This document shows, piece after piece, positions 18,367-28,375 of a stretch of 64,000 nucleotides of DNA. Source of the stretch: an uncultured Rhodobacter sp. GTDB lineage: Bacteria; Pseudomonadota; Alphaproteobacteria; Rhodobacterales; Rhodobacteraceae. The position numbers and the translations under genes were made by a program. Under the pieces are notes generated by a model, which ran no database searches, was not told where the DNA came from, and worked only from the letters and a program-made list of their open reading frames with translations. The stretch is from the NCBI GenBank assembly GCA_965199865.1, contig CBDATU010000007.1, forward strand, positions 211,548-275,547. Direction: 5' to 3'. The stretch's first letter is position 1; every line of letters begins with the position of its first letter.

Positions 18367-18429
18367 AGGAAACCGTCAGGGGCGGCTCCCAATGGAGGCC
18401 GCCCCCGATATATTTACAGATGGTCTAGC

Positions 18430-19026
18430 TCACCCGCTCTTGGCGTCGTAGGCGGTGCCCCATCCCCATGCGCCCGAGCCAAAGCCCCGGGCGACGACGC
18501 GTTCCCGGTAGATCGCCGAGACGACATCGCCATCCCCGGCAAGCAGTGCCTTGGTCGCGCACATCTCGGCGCAAATCGGCAACTTGCCTTCGGCGATACG
18601 GTTCCGTCCGTATTTGGCGAATTCAGCCGTGGAATGGGTCTCTTCCGGGCCGCCAGCGCAGAAGGTGCATTTGTCCATCTTGCCACGTGACCCGAAATTG
18701 CCCGCCTGCGGAAACTGCGGAGCGCCAAAGGGGCATGCATAGAAACAGTAGCCGCAGCCGATGCAGAGATCCTTCGAATGCAGAACGATACCTTCCTCGT
18801 TCTGATAGAAGCAATCGACCGGGCACACCGCCATGCAGGGCGCATCCGAGCAATGCATGCAGGCCACTGAGATGGACCGCTCGCCTGGCGAGCCGTCCCC
18901 AATCGTCACGACACGACGCCGGTTGATGCCCCAGGGCACCTCGTGCTCGTTCTTACAGGCGGTGACACAGGCGTTGCATTCAATGCAGCGCTCGGCATCA
19001 CAGAGAAATCTGACTCTCGATCCCAT
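18430..19026 (-). CDS. fdh3B: formate dehydrogenase iron-sulfur (beta) subunit, FDH3-beta type
   Basis: 198 aa with several CxxCxxCxxxC ferredoxin motifs (CIECNACVTAC, CMHCSDAPC, CIGCGYCFYAC). Located immediately downstream of the alpha subunit. Confidence 0.8.
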   Translation of the reverse strand: MGSRVRFLCDAERCIECNACVTACKNEHEVPWGINRRRVVTIGDGSPGERSISVACMHCSDAPCMAVCPVDCFYQNEEGIVLHSKDLCIGCGYCFYACPFGAPQFPQAGNFGSRGKMDKCTFCAGGPEETHSTAEFAKYGRNRIAEGKLPICAEMCATKALLAGDGDVVSAIYRERVVARGFGSGAWGWGTAYDAKSG

Positions 19027-19041
19027 TTTCTCCCTCCTAGT

Positions 19042-21936
19042 TTACGCTGCCCAGATCTTGCAGAGAGTCGCTTTCGTCTCCTGCATCTGGGTGACTGAGT
19101 CATATCCATAGGTTTGCGCGGTGTTGGAACTTTCGCCCAGGACGTAAGGGTCGGCTCCATCGGGGTATTTGTCACGCTGATCAACGCCCTCGAAATGACC
19201 GCCGAAGTGGAAGGGCATGAAGGCCACCCCCTCGCCCACACGGTTGGTAACCATTGCCATGACCTTGACCCTGGCGCCTTCGGGCCCTTCGACCCAGACC
19301 TGCGCACCGTCGCGCACGCCCAGATTGTTGGCGTCCCTCAGGTTGATCTCGACGAACATATCCTGCTGGAGTTCGGCAAGCCATGGATTGGACCGGCTCT
19401 CGTCGCCACCGCCTTCGTATTCCACAAGCCGACCACTCGTCAGGATCAACGGATAATCCTTGGAAAAGTCGTTCTTCTGGATGGAGGCATACATCGTCGG
19501 GAGCCTGTAGAACTTGCGATCCTCATAGGTCGGGTAATCGTCCACCAGGTCACGCCGCGTCGTGTAGAGCGGCTCGCGATGGATTGGCACAGGATCGGGG
19601 AAGGTCCAGACAACGGCGCGGGCCTTGGCGTTGCCGAAAGGTGCGCAGCCATGTTTGATCGCGACCCTCTGGATACCGCCTGAGAGGTCGGTCTTCCAGT
19701 TGGTCTTGGGTCCGGCCACCGCCTCGATCGCGGCGCGTTCCTCACTGGTCAGGTCGGAGTCCCAACCGAGATCCATCAGCATCTGCATGGTGAATTCCGG
19801 ATAACCGTCCTGAATTTCCGAGCCAGGGTTGAAGACCCCTTCGGCCAGAAGGTTGTCGCCGTCCCGCTCGACACCGAACCGTGCCCGGAAGCAGAGGCCA
19901 CCCTCAGCCACAGGCTTGGACATGTCATAGAGGTTTGGCGTACCAGGATGGTTCATCTCCGCAGTGCCCCAGCACGGCCAAGGCATCCCGTAGTAATCGC
20001 CATCCGCCGGGCCACCCACAGCCTGAAGCGTCGTCCGGTCGAACGTGTGCTGGTTCGCCATGTGAAGCTTGATGCGCTCCGGGCTCTGGCCGGTGTAACC
20101 TACAGTCCACATGCCCGAGTTGAACTCACGCGTCGTGTCCTCGATGTTCGGCGTCACACCGTCGGCTTCCATGCTGATGTTGCGGAAGAAACGGTCATGG
20201 AAACCGAACTTCCTGGCGAGCAGGCCGATGATTTCCTGATCCGGCTTCGACTCGAAGAGCGGATCGACCACCTGATCGCGCCACTGGAGCGAACGGTTAG
20301 ATGCCGTCACCGAGCCGCGGGTCTCGAACTGCGTCGAGGCTGGCAGCAGGTAGGCACCATCGGTCCGGTCATGGAGAACGGCGGAGACGGTCGGGACCGG
20401 GTCGATCACGACCAGCATGTCCAGCATTTCCATTGCCGTCTTCATCTCCTTCAGCCGCGTCTGCGAATTCGGCGCGTGTCCCCAGAGAACCATGGCGCGC
20501 ACCCTGTCGGGATTGTCCGTGTTCTCCGGATCCTCGAGCACGCCATCGATCCAGCGGCTAACCGGGATGCCGGTCAGGTTCATCAGGTTCTTTTCCTTGC
20601 CGTCGGCACCGGTCGTTGTCGCGAACTGCCCCTTCAGCCAGTCGAGATCCTCACCCCAGACGCGTGCCCAGTGGGCCCAGGATCCGGCGGAGAGGCCGTA
20701 GTAGCCAGGCAGGGTGTGGGAAAGGACGCCAAGGTCCGTGGCACCCTGAACATTATCATGGCCGCGGAAGATGTTGGTGCCGCCACCGGTGGTACCCATA
20801 TTGCCAAGCGCCAGCTGCAGGACGCAGTAGGCCCGGGTGTTGTTGTTTCCGCTGGTGTGCTGCGTGCCACCCATGCACCAGATGACGGTGCCGGGCCGGT
20901 TGTTTGCCAGCGTGAAGGCAACACGGCGCAGCTGCGAGCCGGGAGTTCCCGTAACCCGCTCGACCTCTTCCGGCGTCCACTTGGCCACCTCGGTCCTGAT
21001 CTGGTCCATGCCCCATACACGGGTGCGGATGAACTCCTTGTCCTCCCAGCCATTCTCGAAGATGTGCCAGAGGATGCCCCAGACCAGCCCCACGTCGGTG
21101 CCGGGCCGGAAGCGCACATATTCGTCGGCATGGGCCGCGGTGCGTGTGAAGCGCGGATCGCAGACGATCAGCGGTGCGTTGTTCTGCTCTTTCGCGCGGA
21201 GCACGTGAAGGAGCGAAACCGGATGCGCCTCGGCCGGGTTGCCACCGATTATGAAGATCGCCCGACTGTTGTGGATATCGTTGTAGCTGTTGGTCATGGC
21301 GCCGTAGCCCCATGTATTCGCAACACCCGCAACGGTGGTCGAGTGACAGATCCGGGCCTGGTGATCGACGTTGTTAGTGCCCCAGTAGGCGGCGAACTTG
21401 CGGAACAGATAGGCCTGTTCGTTATTGTGCTTGGCCGAACCCAGCCAGTAAACGCTGTCAGGCCCGCTCTCTTCGCGGATTTTCATCATGCCATCGCCAA
21501 TCTCGTCGATGGCCTGGTCCCAGGAGATCCGGACCCACTCGCCGTTCTCCTTCTTCATCGGGTATTTGAGGCGGCGCTCACCGTGGGCGTGTTCGCGGAC
21601 CGCGGCGCCTTTGGCGCAGTGTGCACCCAGATTGAACGGGCTGTCCCAACCGGGCTCCTGTCCCGTCCATACGCCGTTCTGCACCTCGGCGATGATCGAA
21701 CATCCGACCGAGCAATGGGTGCATACGGTCTTGCGAAGCTCCACCGCGCCAGTGCCGGAGGCGGCTTCAGCCTTCGTAACCGCCCCCCCGGTGGCGGCGA
21801 TTGCGGTCAGGCCACCGACGGCCAGACCGGAATTTCTCAGAAACGCACGCCGATCCAGTGATGTCTCGGCCATTTGGGTGAGGATACTCGTCCGTTGGGA
21901 GCGTCGCGCAACCCCGTTGGTCTTTTTCCTAAGCAT
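19042..21936 (-). CDS. formate dehydrogenase-type molybdopterin/tungstopterin oxidoreductase, catalytic alpha subunit (TAT-exported, Cys variant)
   Basis: 964 aa. GGGAGAAAG Shine-Dalgarno before ATG 21936. Twin-arginine motif DRRAFLRNSG. N-terminal FeS motif CTHCSVGCS. Active-site context HQARICHSTTVAG, with TGT (Cys, 21346-21348) where enterobacterial FdnG has selenocysteine. Confidence 0.9.
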   Translation of the reverse strand: MLRKKTNGVARRSQRTSILTQMAETSLDRRAFLRNSGLAVGGLTAIAATGGAVTKAEAASGTGAVELRKTVCTHCSVGCSIIAEVQNGVWTGQEPGWDSPFNLGAHCAKGAAVREHAHGERRLKYPMKKENGEWVRISWDQAIDEIGDGMMKIREESGPDSVYWLGSAKHNNEQAYLFRKFAAYWGTNNVDHQARICHSTTVAGVANTWGYGAMTNSYNDIHNSRAIFIIGGNPAEAHPVSLLHVLRAKEQNNAPLIVCDPRFTRTAAHADEYVRFRPGTDVGLVWGILWHIFENGWEDKEFIRTRVWGMDQIRTEVAKWTPEEVERVTGTPGSQLRRVAFTLANNRPGTVIWCMGGTQHTSGNNNTRAYCVLQLALGNMGTTGGGTNIFRGHDNVQGATDLGVLSHTLPGYYGLSAGSWAHWARVWGEDLDWLKGQFATTTGADGKEKNLMNLTGIPVSRWIDGVLEDPENTDNPDRVRAMVLWGHAPNSQTRLKEMKTAMEMLDMLVVIDPVPTVSAVLHDRTDGAYLLPASTQFETRGSVTASNRSLQWRDQVVDPLFESKPDQEIIGLLARKFGFHDRFFRNISMEADGVTPNIEDTTREFNSGMWTVGYTGQSPERIKLHMANQHTFDRTTLQAVGGPADGDYYGMPWPCWGTAEMNHPGTPNLYDMSKPVAEGGLCFRARFGVERDGDNLLAEGVFNPGSEIQDGYPEFTMQMLMDLGWDSDLTSEERAAIEAVAGPKTNWKTDLSGGIQRVAIKHGCAPFGNAKARAVVWTFPDPVPIHREPLYTTRRDLVDDYPTYEDRKFYRLPTMYASIQKNDFSKDYPLILTSGRLVEYEGGGDESRSNPWLAELQQDMFVEINLRDANNLGVRDGAQVWVEGPEGARVKVMAMVTNRVGEGVAFMPFHFGGHFEGVDQRDKYPDGADPYVLGESSNTAQTYGYDSVTQMQETKATLCKIWAA

Positions 21937-22047
21937 GTCTTTCTCCCTATGTAGCAGCGGAAGCCCGTCTGCCTGCTGGGTTGTGGTAAAGGCTCTGGCC
22001 GGTGGGCGTCACGCAACCGGTGGCCAGACCCGAAGCAGCGCCTGCGG

Positions 22048-22236
22048 CTAGAAGCGGGCGCTCTCGTAATAGGCGCGGGTATGCGCCGTGTCCTGAAGCC
22101 TGTCTGACGTGAGGTCAGGCTCCATCGCTTCCGCCTGCCCGCCGCTGGCCACGGCGAGCGCCGCCACCGGAGCGGCCGTTCCCGCGAGCTTCAGAAAGTC
22201 GCGGCGGCTGGCACCGTCTTCCTGTGTCTTTCCCAT
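22048..22236 (-). CDS. small twin-arginine signal protein of the 'formate dehydrogenase region TAT target' type
   Basis: 62 aa with SRRDFLKLAGTAAPVAALAVA. Positioned directly upstream of the alpha subunit. Confidence 0.7.
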   Translation of the reverse strand: MGKTQEDGASRRDFLKLAGTAAPVAALAVASGGQAEAMEPDLTSDRLQDTAHTRAYYESARF

Positions 22237-22304
22237 ATCGTGTCTCCTCTTTCAATTTCGCCTTCTGCTGCCGCGCCGGGTGCCCGACGCGGATATGTGT
22301 AAAA

Positions 22305-22913
22305 CTAGGCCGCGCTCATGCGAAACGCTTCCGTCTCGATTTCCATGAACAGCCTGCCAAGCCTGCCAACGGCCGCATATAGAACCGAACACCTCGCGCC
22401 TTCGAGATCAGCGTAGAAGTGCCCGGCCCAGGACGCGATGTGGCGGTTGAAGAATTCGCGCTGTCGATCGATATCAGCGGGCGACGAAAAACGCCCAACG
22501 ATCAGCGCGCCCATCACCTCCATCAGGGAAGCGATGTTATCCTCCGGCTCGAACACCGTTTCCGACCGCGCGATGCCCAGCGCCGCGAGGTCACTGCGCA
22601 ATGCCGCCAGTGGCTTCTCGTTCAGGAACCCGGTCATGTAATAGCTGGCATAGGGCAGGAGTTCACCGCGTCCGAGCCCGATGAAGAGCCTGTTGAACTC
22701 TGAAACCACACTCTGGCACTTCGTGCGGGCCGCGATCTTGGCAAGCGTGTTGATCGCCTGCCCGAATTCGCTGCCATCACCGCTCAGACCCGCCGTCTGG
22801 TCAAGAAGCATCTGGTCCGGAGGACGAGCGAGAATCAGGCCGAGGAAGTTGTAGAAGTCCGCTCTCAGACGATCTTCCTCGTGAATTCCAACAGCTTGAT
22901 CCAGTAACACCAT
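22305..22913 (-). CDS. TorD/DmsD-family redox-enzyme maturation chaperone
   Basis: 202 aa. Sequence FYNFLGLILARPPD...FNRLFIGLGRGELLPYASYY...EPEDNIASLMEVM is typical of TorD-like chaperones. Confidence 0.7.
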   Translation of the reverse strand: MVLLDQAVGIHEEDRLRADFYNFLGLILARPPDQMLLDQTAGLSGDGSEFGQAINTLAKIAARTKCQSVVSEFNRLFIGLGRGELLPYASYYMTGFLNEKPLAALRSDLAALGIARSETVFEPEDNIASLMEVMGALIVGRFSSPADIDRQREFFNRHIASWAGHFYADLEGARCSVLYAAVGRLGRLFMEIETEAFRMSAA

Positions 22914-22939
22914 AAAACGCTGACGCCTCTCCTCGGTCG

Positions 22940-23620
22940 TTATGGTTCCCTGTCGAAACTATATCGCATACGGCGTAACTTTGAAGGCTTTTCTTCGTCA
23001 TTGGCAAAATATTGTGGTTTTTCTTCACTTTCTTCGTTCGATTGCGCAATATTTACCCGACTTAATTTGTCAGGATTTACCTCATCTGGGGATGTTTCCG
23101 CCCGAGTAAAATTGTCAGACTTATCAGTCGGCGTCAAATTTTCAGATGCGTCGGTAACCGATTCGCCTGTCTCAGACTCTGATTCGCCCGTCTCGGTCTC
23201 GGATTCCTCTGCCGCGGCCGCAGCCTCGGCTAGTTTCTCGATGTGCTTCAGCATGCCTTCACCGACGCGATAGGCTGTCTGAAGATTCTCGACAACTGTC
23301 GAAGCGTCGGTGAAATCCTCACCATATTCGATCAGCCCGTCGAGATTTGCCAGAACCGGGTTTGTCGTCCAGAGCCGACGCAGCGCACGCACCCGGATGC
23401 GCTCGGGAACCGTCGTCTTCAGAAAGGCGGAGAAGTCGTCACCCGCCTTCATCTCGTCGGGTTCCGGCAGCTCAAGATCCCGCAGGATTTCGGCATCGGT
23501 CTTTTCCTCGAGTTCGGCGCGCGCTTCCGCCTCTTTCGCCGCGACCTTCTGGCGCGCCTCGGCCTCTTCCTCAGCCTGCACCGCCTTCCTGCGGCGCGCC
23601 CAGAAGTCACTCATAACCAC
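22940..23620 (-). CDS. DUF3306-like protein (acidic, FDH-cluster associated)
   Basis: N-terminus reads FWARRRKAVQAEEEAE. Conserved middle reads RLWTTNPVLANLDGLIEYGEDFTD. The tail is an acidic low-complexity repeat. Confidence 0.55.
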   Translation of the reverse strand: MVMSDFWARRRKAVQAEEEAEARQKVAAKEAEARAELEEKTDAEILRDLELPEPDEMKAGDDFSAFLKTTVPERIRVRALRRLWTTNPVLANLDGLIEYGEDFTDASTVVENLQTAYRVGEGMLKHIEKLAEAAAAAEESETETGESESETGESVTDASENLTPTDKSDNFTRAETSPDEVNPDKLSRVNIAQSNEESEEKPQYFANDEEKPSKLRRMRYSFDREP

Positions 23621-23669
23621 CCTCCGTGATTATGGACGGAATTTCCGGTGCCAGCATTCCTGGGTTCAC

Positions 23670-24230
23670 TCATTGCAACCGACGCCGCGGAGCGCGGTAG
23701 ACATCCGCGTCCTGACGGATTCGCGCATCCCCGATTCCATCTTCCACCGTGTCGACCCGCTTTCTGTCACGCCTGCGCTTGACGAAGGCCTCTTCCTCGT
23801 GATGGCGCTCCACGAAATCGCGCACCCAGGCGATCAGCCCCTCAGGCATCGGCACCTTCTCGACGATCTCCTCACCGCTGTCGGCATAGTCCTGTGCCTC
23901 ATAGGGCGAGGCCGTGACCAGCAGGATGGAGGGTCGTTCATGCTGCCCCGCTTCACCCTGTCGCAGCACGACGAAGACGCTCGGCTGCTCGTCGGACAGC
24001 CCGGTCAGATACGCTTCCGTCTCGGCTCCGTGCAGCTCTACCGGCAGGGTTGCGGCGTGGTATTCCGCCCAGTCCCCATCGCTACGGAGAGCCCGCCAGT
24101 CAGCCTCGGGCGCACCAGGTATCACGGCAACCGCTTTCCAGGACCATTTCCGCCAGCGCGTCACGCCCGGCATTCGCCGAAGAACGATTCCCAATGGCAT
24201 CATACTGTATCTGGCCGGGTTGAAATACAT
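23670..24230 (-). CDS. DUF3305-like protein (FDH-cluster associated)
   Basis: MPLGIVLRRMPGVTRWRKWSWKAVAVIPG...YHAATLPVELHGAETEAYLTGLS. Conserved partner of the preceding gene. The start may be an internal Met. Confidence 0.55.
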   Translation of the reverse strand: MYFNPARYSMMPLGIVLRRMPGVTRWRKWSWKAVAVIPGAPEADWRALRSDGDWAEYHAATLPVELHGAETEAYLTGLSDEQPSVFVVLRQGEAGQHERPSILLVTASPYEAQDYADSGEEIVEKVPMPEGLIAWVRDFVERHHEEEAFVKRRRDRKRVDTVEDGIGDARIRQDADVYRAPRRRLQ

Positions 24231-24296
24231 GGGCCCTCGCTTACGTCCATAAGGATCGGGTCATCTGCCGAATGCGGTTTACGTCCACTGCCAATC

Positions 24297-26309
24297 ATGT
24301 CTAGTCTGCGAACGGGACACAAGCTCGTTAACGAAACGCGATCCTGGAAGGAAAAAACGTTGGCCGAACAACTGATCCTGTGCGACTGTGCGGGTTCGCA
24401 GAAACTGCACCCGGACAGGATTGAAGCCGCCACTGGCATGTCCTGCTCAAAGGTTTTCACCTCGTTGTGCACCGATGAGGCGGAGGCCGCGGCCAAAGCG
24501 ATTGCCGCGGGCGGATGCACCATCTGCTGCGGGCAGGAGATGCGGTTCTTTGAGGAACTGGCCGAGGATCTTGATGCTGAGGTGCCTGGCTTTCTTGACC
24601 TCAGGGACCGCGCCGGATGGACCAGTGACACCCGTGACACCGGACCGAAGATGGCCGCACTCGCGGCTGACGCCGCACTTGCCCCATCGCCAACGAAGAC
24701 CCTCGACGTGGTTTCTGACGGGCTCTGCCTGATCATTGGCAGTGGCGAGACCGTATTCGGTGCTGCGTCGCGGCTGGCCGGGTCACTGGGTGTGACGGTC
24801 CTGCAGCTTGATGACAGTGCCCCACCACCAACCCGCGATTTCGACGTGATTCGCGGTCGGATCAGGAAGGCTGCCGGGGCATTGGGCGGTTTCGAGCTGT
24901 CCTTCGACGCGTTCAGCCAGATTCAGCCGGGCGGTCGAGGCGACTGGCGCTGGAGCGCGGCGCGGAACGGCGCACGGTCGGACTGCGACATCATTCTCGA
25001 TCTGAGTGGGCAACCGCCGCTCTTTGCGGCCCATGAAAAGCGCGAAGGCTACCTGCGGGCCGATCCGGGCAGTGTTGCGGCGGTGGCGGATGCCGTGTTT
25101 GAGGCATCCGGACTGATCGGAACGTTTGAGAAGCCGCTACATGTAAGGACGGAACCGGTCCTCTGCGCCCATTCACGGGCTGGACAGGTTGGATGTTCGC
25201 GCTGTGTTGACGCCTGCCCAACGGGGGCGATCAGTCCTGCGGGCGAGCATGTGACCGTTGATCCGATGGTCTGCGCTGGCTGTGGCGCCTGCTCCTCGCT
25301 CTGCCCTTCTGGCGCGATCTCCTACGATGCGCCGTCGGTGGAGCACATATTCCGGCGGATCCAGGTATTGGCGAAAGCCTATCTCGCCGCAGGCGGCACC
25401 AATCCACGTCTCCTGGTCGTGGACGGTCATGGCGCCGAACTCATACGGCTTTCCGGCCGGTTCGGCCGCGGACTGCCTGCGGACGTCGTGCCTCTGGAAC
25501 TGCCGGCGGTCGGCACCTTCGGGCATGCCGAGGCTCTGGCAGCCCTGGCCGCGGGCTTTTCCACATTATTCGTCGTTCCCGGTCCTGGCGCGGACCGCCA
25601 CGTAATGGAGCACGAGATCGCACTCGCCACCGCCATTGCGGGAGGCGGTTTCGCAATGATCGACACGTCGGACGCCGATGCCCTTTCGGAGGCGCTTTAC
25701 GGCACCGAGGTGCCTGCGGCACTGGCCAGACCGATCCGCCCCCTGGGCACGCGACGACAGATTACCAGACTGGCCGCGAAGGCCCTGCTCCCCGACGTGA
25801 CGGAGCCTTTGAGCCTGCCTGAAGGCGCGCCCTACGGTGCTGTTGCAGTCAACACCGAAGCCTGCACGCTCTGCCTCTCCTGCGTGTCGCTATGTCCATC
25901 CGGGGCGCTCGGCGATAACGAGGATCTACCGCAGCTGCGCTTTCAGGAGGATGCCTGCCTGCAATGCGGGCTTTGCGCAACCATTTGCCCGGAAAACGCA
26001 ATCACCCTCGAGCCGCGGCTCAACCTGGCCGATGAAGCGCTGTCCCAGGTGGTGCTGAACGAAGAGGAGCCTTTCCCATGCATCGTCTGCGGCACTCTGT
26101 TCGGATCGAAGTCCACCATCGAGCGGATCACCGAGAAACTTGCCTCGCATTCCATGTACCAGAGCCCGGAAGGGTTACGCACCATCCAGATGTGCGACGA
26201 CTGCCGGGTGAACGCCCAGTTCCACCGCGAGGACAGCCCGATGAGCGCGGGACCGCGTCCCCGGGTACGCACGACCGACGACTACCTGTCGCAACGCCGC
26301 GATCACTGA
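24297..26309 (+). CDS. multi-cluster 4Fe-4S ferredoxin-domain protein
   Basis: Motifs CSRCVDACPTGAI, CAGCGACSSLCPSGAI, CTLCLSCVSLCPSGAL and CLQCGLCATICPENAI. The 999-codon ORF in the track is trimmed because its first ~330 codons are antisense to the two upstream genes. An alternative TTG start at 24361 has a GGAAGGA SD. Confidence 0.75.
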   Translation: MSSLRTGHKLVNETRSWKEKTLAEQLILCDCAGSQKLHPDRIEAATGMSCSKVFTSLCTDEAEAAAKAIAAGGCTICCGQEMRFFEELAEDLDAEVPGFLDLRDRAGWTSDTRDTGPKMAALAADAALAPSPTKTLDVVSDGLCLIIGSGETVFGAASRLAGSLGVTVLQLDDSAPPPTRDFDVIRGRIRKAAGALGGFELSFDAFSQIQPGGRGDWRWSAARNGARSDCDIILDLSGQPPLFAAHEKREGYLRADPGSVAAVADAVFEASGLIGTFEKPLHVRTEPVLCAHSRAGQVGCSRCVDACPTGAISPAGEHVTVDPMVCAGCGACSSLCPSGAISYDAPSVEHIFRRIQVLAKAYLAAGGTNPRLLVVDGHGAELIRLSGRFGRGLPADVVPLELPAVGTFGHAEALAALAAGFSTLFVVPGPGADRHVMEHEIALATAIAGGGFAMIDTSDADALSEALYGTEVPAALARPIRPLGTRRQITRLAAKALLPDVTEPLSLPEGAPYGAVAVNTEACTLCLSCVSLCPSGALGDNEDLPQLRFQEDACLQCGLCATICPENAITLEPRLNLADEALSQVVLNEEEPFPCIVCGTLFGSKSTIERITEKLASHSMYQSPEGLRTIQMCDDCRVNAQFHREDSPMSAGPRPRVRTTDDYLSQRRDH

Positions 26310-27046
26310 TGCCTGATGGGTGCTCCAAGCTCTGCGGGCTCGATGCCAGCGACATAGGCAATGATCGCATCGATGTCTTCGGGGGTCAGTTCCAGGGGCG
26401 CGATCGGCGAGGGCCGATCGATGGGGAATGGCTCGGTCACGCCCTCGATCTGGGTGAACGCCGGATGGGGCTTGAGCACAAAGAAGGCGGCGAACCGGGC
26501 TTCCCAGTCCTCAAAGCCGCGCAACGCGAAGAAGGACGGTGTGGAACCGATGCCAAGACCCTCGTCGCCCCTTGCCGTGACATGGCAGCGTCCGCAATGA
26601 ACGCGCGATACCTGTTTCCCACGCACTTCATCGCCGTCGTATTCGACCACAGTGACGGTGGCGGTCTCCTCGACCGGAAGGGTGAAGGGCTGCACTCCGT
26701 CAACGGTGTAACCGGTGATCGCACGCTGGCCGGTTACGTCCACGATCCACGCCGCAAGGCGGTTCGTCCCATTGTGATCCGGCGACAGCACGTCAAGCGA
26801 CCAGGTCCGCCCAAGGCCCACAAAGACCGGAATGCCGGCATCGCCTATGGCCGCGTGCGCGGATGCTTCCGGCCCGACCAGTTCGACGCGCACCTGTGTC
26901 TTCAGCGTGAAGCGCGGAAGCATGTATCGCATCAGGCCGCTTTCCGCCAGGACATCAGGAACCGCAAGCCGTACGAGCCTGTCGTCAGCCCCTGCACTCG
27001 TGCCGAAGCACAGGGCCAGCACGACTATCAGACATCGAATTAACAT
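26303..27046 (-). CDS. secreted protein with a single CxxCH heme-c motif; hypothetical
   Basis: Signal peptide MLIRCLIVVLALCFGTSAGA. Motif CGRCH. The N-terminal ~60 aa resemble the first lobe of the TupA-like binding protein at 29600. The 3' end overlaps the convergent ferredoxin gene by 7 bp. Confidence 0.5.
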   Translation of the reverse strand: MLIRCLIVVLALCFGTSAGADDRLVRLAVPDVLAESGLMRYMLPRFTLKTQVRVELVGPEASAHAAIGDAGIPVFVGLGRTWSLDVLSPDHNGTNRLAAWIVDVTGQRAITGYTVDGVQPFTLPVEETATVTVVEYDGDEVRGKQVSRVHCGRCHVTARGDEGLGIGSTPSFFALRGFEDWEARFAAFFVLKPHPAFTQIEGVTEPFPIDRPSPIAPLELTPEDIDAIIAYVAGIEPAELGAPIRHQ

Positions 27047-27101
27047 TCCCTACGGTAAGAACAGCAAACCAGCTAAGTCAATAGCAATGGAGAAGCGGAA
27101 G

Positions 27102-27311
27102 ATGAGTGAAGTTTATAACATGTCGATGCGGAAGTTCCTGAAGCAGGTGGGCGTGACCTCGCAGCAGGCGATCGAGACGGCGCTGCGTGAGAAAGGCGAA
27201 CCCGGAAAGGCCTATTCCGTCAAGGCCACCGTCACCATCGATGAACTGGATCTGGCGCACGAGGTGACCGGAAAGATTGCCGGAAGCGACTCAGGGAATG
27301 CTGACCGTTGA
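27102..27311 (+). CDS. small conserved hypothetical protein upstream of apbC
   Basis: 69 aa, MSEVYNMSMRKFLKQVGVTSQQAIETAL.... GGAGAAG lies 6 nt before the ATG. The stop overlaps the apbC TTG start. Confidence 0.45.
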   Translation: MSEVYNMSMRKFLKQVGVTSQQAIETALREKGEPGKAYSVKATVTIDELDLAHEVTGKIAGSDSGNADR

Positions 27312-28375
27312 CACTCTCCCGCGATACAGTTCTCGACACGCTGAAATCCATCACTGACCCGGTCACGGGCGAGAATCTCGCTGCCGCGGGGCTTGTCAGG
27401 GCGCTGACGGTTGAGGGTGGCGACATCCGCTTTGTCATGGAGATCAATCCGAAACTCGGCCAGACCTATGAGCCCGTGCGCGCCGAGGCGGAGGCCCGTC
27501 TGAAGGCTCTGCCCGGCTCCGGAAAGGTATCGGTCCTGATGACCGCCCATTCGGAGAAAGCGCCGCCGCCTGACCTGAAGCCAAACCGGCGTCCCGAACC
27601 CTCCGGCCCCCAGAAAGTGCCCGGTGTGAACCGCATCCTGGCGGTGGCGTCGGGCAAGGGAGGCGTTGGCAAATCGACGGTATCGGCCAATCTCGCCTGC
27701 GCTCTCGCCCAGGCCGGACGCCGGGTGGGGCTTCTTGACGCCGACGTCTACGGACCATCGCAACCACGGATGCTGGGGGTCTCGGGCCGCCCATCGAGTC
27801 CTGACGGCAAGACGATCCTACCAATGCGCAATCATGGCGTCACGATGATGTCGATAGGGCTGATGACGACTGAGGGACAGGCTGTTGTCTGGCGCGGCCC
27901 CATGCTCATGGGGGCACTCCAGCAGATGCTCACACAGGTTCAGTGGGGTGCGCTGGATGTGCTGATCGTCGATCTGCCGCCGGGAACCGGTGACGTGCAG
28001 ATGACCCTGGCCCAGAAGGCCGTGGTTGATGGCGCGGTAATCGTCTCCACCCCCCAGGATGTGGCGCTACTGGATGCGCGCAAGGGTGTTGACATGTTCA
28101 ACCAGCTTCACGTGAGGATCCTCGGTCTGATCGAAAACATGTCGACCCATATCTGCTCGAAATGCGGGCATGAGGAGCACACTTTCGGGCATGGAGGCGT
28201 GGCCGCCGAGGCGAAGAAACTGGGGTTACCGCTGCTGGCGGAAATACCACTCCATCTTGATATCAGGGTGGCCGGGGATGGCGGTGCGCCCGTTGTGGTC
28301 ACCGCACCCGAAGGACCGCAGGCTGCGGCCTTCCACGATGTGGCCCATTCCCTGATCACGAATGGCTACGCATGA
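27308..28375 (+). CDS. apbC: Mrp/NBP35/ApbC-family iron-sulfur cluster carrier ATPase
   Basis: N-terminal DUF59-like segment (VLDTLKSITDPVTGENL). Deviant Walker A SGKGGVGKST. Has the CSKCGH motif. Confidence 0.9.
   Translation: MTLSRDTVLDTLKSITDPVTGENLAAAGLVRALTVEGGDIRFVMEINPKLGQTYEPVRAEAEARLKALPGSGKVSVLMTAHSEKAPPPDLKPNRRPEPSGPQKVPGVNRILAVASGKGGVGKSTVSANLACALAQAGRRVGLLDADVYGPSQPRMLGVSGRPSSPDGKTILPMRNHGVTMMSIGLMTTEGQAVVWRGPMLMGALQQMLTQVQWGALDVLIVDLPPGTGDVQMTLAQKAVVDGAVIVSTPQDVALLDARKGVDMFNQLHVRILGLIENMSTHICSKCGHEEHTFGHGGVAAEAKKLGLPLLAEIPLHLDIRVAGDGGAPVVVTAPEGPQAAAFHDVAHSLITNGYA

Noticed and set aside
21346-21348. Possible selenocysteine codon in the FDH alpha subunit.
   Set aside because: The codon is TGT (Cys) and the ORF has no in-frame TGA, so no SECIS element needs to be invoked.
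19948-21861. 637-aa ORF antisense to the FDH alpha subunit gene.
   Set aside because: It is a high-GC shadow frame with no motifs. The opposite strand encodes a complete, motif-rich molybdopterin oxidoreductase.
23310-24296. N-terminal 330 codons of the 999-aa ORF 23310-26309.
   Set aside because: This part runs antisense through the DUF3306-like and DUF3305-like genes and has low-complexity Ser/Arg composition. The ferredoxin-like sequence only begins after the ATG at 24297 (or the TTG at 24361).
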